Below, piece after piece: positions 56,345 through 64,000 of a stretch of 64,000 nt of DNA (the first letter of the stretch is position 1; each line of letters opens with the position of its first letter). Under the pieces are notes generated by a model that did not search any database, was not told where the DNA came from, and saw only the letters and a list, made by a program, of their open reading frames with translations. This stretch comes from Hyaloraphidium curvatum SAG 235-1 (taxonomy: Eukaryota > Fungi > Monoblepharomycota): the NCBI GenBank assembly GCA_025558095.1, contig JAIVFI010000014.1, positions 558,001 to 622,000 of the forward strand. Direction: 5' to 3'. The position numbers and the translations under genes are program-made.

Positions 56345-58882
56345 GTGGAAGGCTCGGCTCGTTGCGGCAGCGGAAAACGCAAAGGGCCGCTCAAAGTGCG
56401 TCTAACATGGACGGCCACGATGGACGCCGACGGCGCAAAGGACCTGGCAGAAGCTCTGGCTGACGACACCGGGGTGGACGTTCTGGAGCTGAAGGACAAC
56501 GAACTAGGAGATGCGGGTGCCGTGGCAATCCTGGAGGCTCTGAAGACGAACACAACCTTGACCGCGGTGAAGCTGTTCAAGAACGGATTGACGGTCCGAA
56601 CGGCGTCGGCGCTTGGCGAACTGCTCCGGAGCAGCAAGACTGTGACGGTCCTTGAGCTTTCGGCGAACGACATTGGACCTGATGGGGCGAAGCTCCTTGC
56701 TTTGGCGCTCCAGGACAACTGCACCCTAGAGGAGCTCAACATTTCTAACAACGACATCGGCGTCGGGGGCGCTAGCGCTCTTGCCGCTCTTTTGGAACGC
56801 AATCGGACTCTGAATCGCGTGAACATGAGCAAGAATGACTTGGGAGACAAAGGCGCAGAGGCTCTACAGGCGGCCCTGACGCTTAATCGGAAGCTGGAGC
56901 ACCTTCACCTCGCTTTCAATGGAATTGGGAGACGCGGATTGTACCAGATCACCCGTGGACTTTGGGACAACGTTCATCTTCGGACCCTTGACCTTCGGGG
57001 GAACACCTTCGGGGAGTCTGGCTGCCAGGCATTCAAGGACCTATAGGACCTATTCTGCTGGGGCGAAGGCGCGTTGAGGGAGCTCGTCATCAGCCACTGC
57101 AAAACTAGGGGATCATGGGATAGAGAGGCTTGCCGAAGCGCTCAAGTCCGACAAGCAGATTCTCCGTAGAATCGACTTGGGCTACAACGGCATCGGGCCT
57201 GTCGGAGCTCGCTACCTGGCCAGCATGCTTGCCGTCAACAGGACTCTCCTCGACCTTACGATGACGGGCAATTTCATCGGGGACTCTGGCACGGAAACGT
57301 TGTCCAAAGCACTGACGTCTAACAGCACCTTGCTGTTCCTGAACTTGGACGGCAACCGAATCGGGAACGCCGGGGCCACAGCCCTCGCCCGGCTGCTGCA
57401 GGTCGATACGGCTTTGCAGATGCTCATTTTGCGGGGCAATCACATCGGAGACGAAGGAGCCGCTTCCTTGGCGGAGGCAGTGAGGACCAACCGAACGCTG
57501 TCGCAGTTGAAGCTGGCTGTCAACGAATTCGGTGACGAGGGATTGCGAGCACTGATGCTTGCTGTTCGGGAGAACCCCGTAATCCGCTGGATTGGCTACG
57601 GGAAAGATGAGGGGTTCTCCGAAGCACTCGTTGACGAAATGGAGGCTACTCAGAAAGACCCGAAAAGGTGGCCTACACCATATGCGAAAGCCGAGGTCGG
57701 GGCCTCCAGCAATCCTTCTTCTGCGGAAACATCGGCTCCGGCCACCCTGTCTGCTCACAGCGTTCCGTCGGTCACCAATCCTGGCTCGGCAACGAATTCG
57801 ACACCATCGACGCCGCGGCGAGCTACGACGACTCCCAGCACTCATTCATTTCCCGGCTCGCGCTCCAAAGACTCATATCTCGTGGAGGACGATGATATCG
57901 AAATCGACAAATCACACCCGCTTGGGAGTGGCGGATTCGGCATGGTTTATCGCGGAACACTTCGCAAGACAACGCCTATAGCCGTGAAGGAAACCGTTGG
58001 AGCCCGAGCCGAACATGTCTTGGAAGCCGAGATGCGGGTCTGGTCCCAAGTGCCTCCTCATGGGAATGGTGGGTGCCCGATCAAATCGAAGCTTCGCATT
58101 ACTCACTGCCGCTTTGCTGTTTTTGCATTCAGTGGTACCTTTGCTTGGTTATCATCTTGATCCACCGTACTTCATTACGGAGCTCTATGCAGGTGGGTCC
58201 CTGAAGGAGTACCTGGAGAGCAAGGGCTGGCATCTCCCAGTATCGATTCGTCTCTTGGCGGACGCGGCTCGCGGCATGGATTTCCTGCATAGCCGAAATA
58301 TTGTGCACTCGGACCTTAAGCCCGAGAACGTTCTGGTCGACGTTTTCCGCGGGGGAGGGGCCGTGGCTAAGGTGTCCGACTTCGGCCTGGCCAAAATCCG
58401 GATCAGGAAGAAGGACAGCAAAGACGGAGAGCGCCAGTACGAGTACCACGGCGAAACCGGAGCCACGACGCGCTATGCGGCTCCGGAGTTCTTGGCCGCC
58501 AACGTGTCTAATCGAGCATCAGATGTCTGGAGCTTTGGCATGATGTGCTATCAGATCGCCAACAAGGGCCACGGCCCCTATGCAGAATACCCCAACTATA
58601 CGGTGAGCTACCTTTGTTGCCTGGGGTAGCTCTTTTGCTTGATGCGCACCTCAGAGTCTTGTCATTGCAATCTCAAACGGGAGAGAACCTGGACCCCGAC
58701 CGTATGGCGTGCCCGACGACGTATGGTCGCTTATACAGCGCTGCATGAGTAAGGAACCGGAGCAACGACCAACGTTCCAGGACATTTTTGTGGAGCTGGA
58801 CGGGAAAGCGAGGAGTTTCGCCGAGGAATTGAAGAGTCGCGCGGCGGCAATGCGAAAAGCGGCAGAAGAAATCAGTATCTAG
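56345..58882 (+). pseudogene. RNI-like LRR + TKL-type protein kinase, disrupted; start uncertain
   Basis: LRRs (LxxNxIGxxGAxxLA); kinase GSGGFG, AVK, HSDLKPEN, DFG, APE; in-frame TAG at 57044-57046 and +1 frameshift at 57101-57104. Confidence 0.8.
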
Positions 58883-59199
58883 CCCGCGCTAGTGTTTGTA
58901 TTCTTCGTCTTGCATCAAAACGTCCAGTCTGATTTCCCGATCGAAGAACGGCAATGCGCAAGTGCGGCGCAATGGAACGCAAGTGCACAAGTCGCGGCTG
59001 CTCCGCGCGTGTTCCCATAGCGGCCAGTGAGCTACCAAATGAACGGGTTTCAGGCCCTGGTATCGAATCGTCTGGATGGGGTCGTCGAGGGACCGTCCCT
59101 CGGCCGGCCAGCGGCAAGCGGAGCTCCATTGTCCGAACGCGGGACAACAAAGGTCCCTAGCACATTGTCCCCTTCCCAAGAACCGTCCCAAAGAAAGCG

Positions 59200-59659
59200 A
59201 TGGGCCGCGGACGCCACGGTTACGACTGCAAGAAGGAGCGCTGGTGCCACCGGCAGTGGCGCGCGCACTACGAGGTCCGCGGCCCCGCGATGCAATGTGG
59301 CGCGTCTCAGCCTGACTTGCTTCCGCCCCGTCCGTTACGCCGTGCAGCGCGCCAAAAACCTCGCCGAGGCCAACGGGATCAATGTGGACACCGTGCGCAC
59401 TCGGTCCGGGCAGCTTCAGGTGGGCATCCGGCTACGTCCCCCATTCAACCCGCCCCACCTGACCACTCTGCGACGCCAGGGCCTGCTCCACGCGCTCAAG
59501 AAGAAGGGCCTCGAGGTCAACGGCACCGGCAAGCGGCCGCACCACATGAACTCCCAGCAGGCGCGCCGCGAGGCCCGCCACGCGAGGGGCAGGAGGTCGA
59601 GGAGGAGCAAGGGGCCGAACAAGCCGCACAACAGGCCGGGCAAAGGCCACAAGAAGTGA
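59200..59659 (+). CDS. Small (108 aa) highly basic protein of unknown function
   Basis: Exons 59200-59274, 59348-59419, 59480-59659 with phase-0 GT-AG introns and CTGAC branch points; strong GC3 bias. Confidence 0.7.
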
Positions 59660-59833
59660 TCGCGTGTCACGAGCAACCTCGAAGAAGATCACTTTGGCCG
59701 TGTGCACGCCTCCGGACCGGCTTCACCCGTCCAACCATCCGCTTCCGAGCGTCCGATACAATCAGGTGGTGATCTGCCGAGGATCGGTGTTGCAGCTACA
59801 TGGCGACCGAGATCCGGCCGTTTCTGATGGGAG

Positions 59834-59945
59834 AAAGAACTTGGGGAGCAAGGGTTGGCATCTTCCATTATCTCTCCGCCTCTCTGGCGGATGTGGCTCG
59901 TGGCATGGAACTTTCTACGCAGTCCGCACATTGGACTCGGACTGA
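59834..59945 (+). pseudogene. Degenerate relic of the adjacent kinase exon
   Basis: GAGCAAGGGTTGGCATCTTCC..TGGCGGATGTGGCTCGTGGCATGGA closely matches 58218-58281, with indels. Confidence 0.85.
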
Positions 59946-60484
59946 CGGCAACGGGGCAACTATCTAAAGCATTCCAATCTTGATCTTGCTTCGAAACGTT
60001 CCAATCTGCGCCCGATCGATGTCCGCAGTCCGCTTTGCGTGGGCGTCCTTGAACAGGAGGGTCACATCCACATGCTCAATCCCCCTGTTGTTGTGGATCA
60101 TAAAGTTTAGAGCTCCACTGATCTTGCTCGTGCAAATGCCGCAGCAATTACGGGCGAGTATAGGAAAAACCGTCAAAGGGTCTCGTCGCGAAAGGCAGCA
60201 AACACAAGTCGGGAAGGGGGTCGCGTGCCTCCCGCCAAACAACCCCGACGGTATCACTAACCCCGCCCCGCCGGAGCTTCGTCGGCACCGCTGCACGCAG
60301 GATCAGGCGCATGAATCTCTGAAGCGGCCCCATCGCCCGTCGCAGCTCGTGTGCGGCCCCCGCCGGCCCGCCGCCGAGTTTGACAGGTCGCCCCGCGCCC
60401 GCGCCGAATCCCGCCGGCGCGCCCTCCGCCGCCCTCGACCGGCCGCCGACGGTCCCTGACTGTTTGCTTCCGCCCGCGCCCGCG

Positions 60485-62272
60485 ATGAGCGTCGGCGTCG
60501 CCATCCCGCACGGCGGGTTCGCCGCCGCCCAACACGGACAACACGCGGCCGCGCTGCCGTCGCCCGCCGCGAGCGACTTGCTTCTTGGCCTGCCGGCGCT
60601 GCCGACCAAGGTGCCGCAGCCGGATCCCGCCGTCGCCGCGCTGCCCGGCCCCGATCGGCCCCGCTTCGACGCCGGCGCGCGCCGCGGCGACCCGGGCCTG
60701 GACATGCTGCTGCACTTCCACGCGACGTCTGCTATCACGCCGCCAGAGTCGCCCAACGACCCGCCCGCGCACGAGATGGAGTGGAGTCCCGCGGAGGAGC
60801 CCGAGGAGCGCAGCGAGGAGGCCGCAATGCCGACGCCGAGGCCGCAGCCGAGGCTCCTGGTCAAGCCGGCCAGGCCGTCGGTCGACGACAGGAAGGACAT
60901 CGACACCGGACTGCTCGAGTACGCCAACCTGGCCCTGAGCTACAACATGAGCAACAAGAGGCACGGCGCGCAGCCGTCGCCCGTGGTGCGCGAGCCTTCT
61001 GCAAAGAAGCCGCGCAAGGGCAAGCCGGTGCGCTCGCTGCCTCCCGAAAGCTCCATGAAGGCGCGGTCGACCGCGTCTGTGGCATCCGACCGCCTCTCCC
61101 TTTCGCCGTCCTTGCAAGGCTTGCTGGGCACGGGCATGCGTTCCGACCATCCGGCCGCAGGAGGGGCCTGGTCGACGTCGTCGCAGGTGTCGGCCGATGA
61201 CAGCTCCAATGCGGACCTTCTGGCACCCCCTGCCCGTTTCGCGTACCGGGAGCGCCGGCCCAGTGGGGGATCGGATCTCGCACTGCCCGACTCTTCGGTA
61301 TCAGAGGCGCGCTCGGTGTCCCCGGAGCACTGGGTCGGCCAGAGGGGGGGCGTTCCCGTCGCCGCCGAGCTGCAGCTCCGGCAGGAACCCGACGGCAGAC
61401 AGGCCTTCATGCCGGCGCTGCCGGAGCTCCTCCCCGCCCTGTACGTGGACCCGGGCAACGCCTCGGACTCGGACGCGGACGACATGGTCGACGACATCCG
61501 GCACAAGATGGACCTGACCTTTACCTTTTCCGCCGTCGACGACATGATCCGGAGGGGGGAACAGTCCCGCCTGCTGCTCTGGAACGACGAGGGCTACCAG
61601 CGCAGCCTGCAGGCCCGCTCCGAATCTGGCCGCGGCGGGCACGCGGGATACGAGGACGAGCCCCCGAGCCCCGTCAAGCGCGGCCGCGCCGACTCGGCCC
61701 CCGCGCTGCCCCGGGACCCTTCGCCCAAGAAGCCGCGCGTCAAGAAGCCGTCGGCGCCGGCGATTCCGCGCACCACGACCAAGGTCTTCCGCTCCGACGT
61801 GGCCTCGCTCCCGCCCATGCCGTCGACGCCCAAGAGCAAGGAGCCGCTGCCGGTGCAGACCCCGCGGGTCAGCTACGACATCGAGAACGTCGAGATCAAG
61901 CGCGTGCGCAGGTCCCTGCCCTCCGAGACGGCCGGCGCGCCGCAGTACACCTGGAACAAGGGTTGGTGTCACGTATCGGATTCTCGATCATTGCCCTGAC
62001 TTTGCATCCGCCCAGGCGACCCGATCAAGTACGGTCCCCAGGACGAGTACTTCGACGTGCTCACGCGGGACGAGGTCAAGCTCTGCGAGACGATCCGGCT
62101 GGCGCCCAAGCTGTACCTCTTCGTCAAGGACACGATGCTCTCTGCGCGCGAGGAGCGTGGCTACTTCAAGAAGCTCGAGGCCAAGAAGTGGTTCCGGCTT
62201 GACGTCAACAAGACGGGCAAGGTGTACGACTGGTTCATGGCGCTGGGGTGGATCCTTGCGGGGCCCGAGTAG
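60485..62272 (+). CDS. SWIRM-domain protein (Fun19/YOR338W-like)
   Basis: EVKLCETIRLAPKLYL..K, KKLEAKKWFRLDVNKTGKVYDWF; intron 61962-62015. Confidence 0.88.
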
Positions 62273-62601
62273 GCCGAGGTTGGTTGCCGCTCGAGTGGCT
62301 TTTGCAGGGCAGGCATGCTGACGTCTGACTTCCGCAGAAGCCGTTACCAAAACACTGCTTGTAGCGCTGGTTCGCTCACGGAAGCGCCGGACGCCCAATC
62401 TGCACACTAGTTTAGATCTCTTCGGTTCTGTAGACAACTGATTGATTGATTGTACAGGTGACTTTTGGCAGGCTGAAGTTCGCGATTCTAGTCCGCCCGC
62501 AGCCCCCTGTCGCAGAAACCAGAGAAAAGGACTTGACATGAACAGGTAGAGAGATAACGTCGCGCGAACATCGATTAGAACAACGTTACGTAGCACATAC
62601 G

Positions 62602-63384
62602 TTATTGAACGTTGCCACCGAAAGGCAGCGGGTCGCCTGACTCCCCGGTAATGGCTGTCACCCGCTCAAACAGTTCCTCGATGTAGTCGTCCCTGATCCC
62701 CAGCCGCACCAGCTCCGCCCTGACGCGGTAGAGGTAGTCCCTGTTTGCCCCGCTTCGCCCGACCGCCTTTGCGATCGTCTCCGCCTTCTTCGCCATCGGG
62801 TACGTGTCCCTCGGGATGATCCTGGGATGCTCCGGGTCCGCCACGAACGCCACGCACGGCAACGCGCCCCCGTCCTCCCCCACGCAGTCCACCCACTCGG
62901 CGACGTAGAACCCCGATATCATCTCCCTCAGCCAGACCACGGAAGTCTCCTCCTCCACGTGCTCCGGCGCGATCCGGTGCGCAACCGCCTCGCACCGCCC
63001 CCCGGGCTCCACCGCCAGCATCAGGCCCGGGCGGTCGGGCGTCCCGCGGCCGAGGAGCATCTCCGCGCAGAAGGAGCGGCGGTAGCCTTCGCACGAGACC
63101 CTGCGGGACTCGGCGACCCGGATCGCGGGGTTGTACATGAGCGAGCCGTAGGCCAAGATCCATATGGAGTCGCCGGGGGACAGCCTGGAGAGTACCATGC
63201 GCCGCGAGGCCTCGCGCTGCTCGGGCGTGGGGAGCTTCCAGGTCGGGTCGATGCGCCGGATCTCGGCCTGCACTTTCTCGACCAGCGAGAGGTTCAGCGT
63301 GTCCCGCTGCAGCAGGCCGTCCTCGCCGCGGACGATGCGCGGGTGCGCAGTGGGCTCGGCATTGCTGTCGGAAGCGTCGGGCAT
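62602..63384 (-). CDS. chaC: ChaC-family glutathione-specific gamma-glutamylcyclotransferase, intronless
   Basis: WILAYGSLMYNP, RGTPDRPGLML, WLREMISG.Y, AVGRSGANRDYL. Confidence 0.92.
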   Translation of the reverse strand: MPDASDSNAEPTAHPRIVRGEDGLLQRDTLNLSLVEKVQAEIRRIDPTWKLPTPEQREASRRMVLSRLSPGDSIWILAYGSLMYNPAIRVAESRRVSCEGYRRSFCAEMLLGRGTPDRPGLMLAVEPGGRCEAVAHRIAPEHVEEETSVVWLREMISGFYVAEWVDCVGEDGGALPCVAFVADPEHPRIIPRDTYPMAKKAETIAKAVGRSGANRDYLYRVRAELVRLGIRDDYIEELFERVTAITGESGDPLPFGGNVQ

Positions 63385-63772
63385 TTCGGCGGGGCGCGGG
63401 GGCCCGGAAAGGGGAGACAAACGGGGGCGGGGCGCGGAGCCCTGGAGAAAGGGAGAGGGGAGGGCTGCCGGGCGAGGCGGCGGCGCTCTCGTGACGAGGA
63501 GCCCGGGGGGAAGACGGGGACGAGAAGGCTCTTCTTTGCCACCCGACCCCACCGCGGGTTTTACCGGTGACGGCTTTCCCGCCCCGTCCCTTGAGAAGGA
63601 AAGGACAGGAACAACTCCAGAAAGAGAGAAAGTCGCAAGACCAGGTAAGAAAGACGCCCCGGCTGCTGCCCATCTGCCCCCGGACCCGGACCCTGATACC
63701 CCCGATCGCGCGCCGCAAATGGATTGCGATCTACATCATCTACATGCCCATCGTGCCCAGGTATCGGAATGT

Positions 63773-64000
<228 letters not shown>

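Noticed and set aside
57044-57104. Programmed readthrough or frameshift in the LRR-kinase
   Set aside because: It would need two independent recoding events; the stop arises from an evident duplication and there is no slippery heptamer

Overview
High-GC, gene-dense eukaryotic DNA with short (~50-80 nt) GT-AG introns and CTRAC branch points. The gene content (Zn2Cys6 regulator, DUF3431, AA11-like LPMO with CBM19, Fun19-like SWIRM) indicates a fungus, probably an early-diverging chytrid-like lineage (inference). About 35 protein-coding loci are supported; no RNA genes, CRISPR arrays or transposases were seen. Core genes (EMG1, EB1, class III ADH, PP2C, Cid13, PP2A, kinases) are mixed with bacterial-looking enzymes (nourseothricin-acetyltransferase-like GNAT, GSDH-NPCBM, GT4, PfkB, proline iminopeptidase, GH110-like, ChaC). 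Highlights: (1) a NAT1-like antibiotic acetyltransferase head-to-head with a Zn-cluster transcription factor whose first zinc ligand depends on a 3-nt micro-exon; (2) a candidate glycan-biosynthesis cluster at 0-16 kb with two paralogues of an unusual GT4; (3) a divergent P450 pair with 10-13 nt micro-exons; (4) an LRR-kinase pseudogene broken by a 9-bp duplication. All family assignments come from motif recognition by eye; no database search was run.
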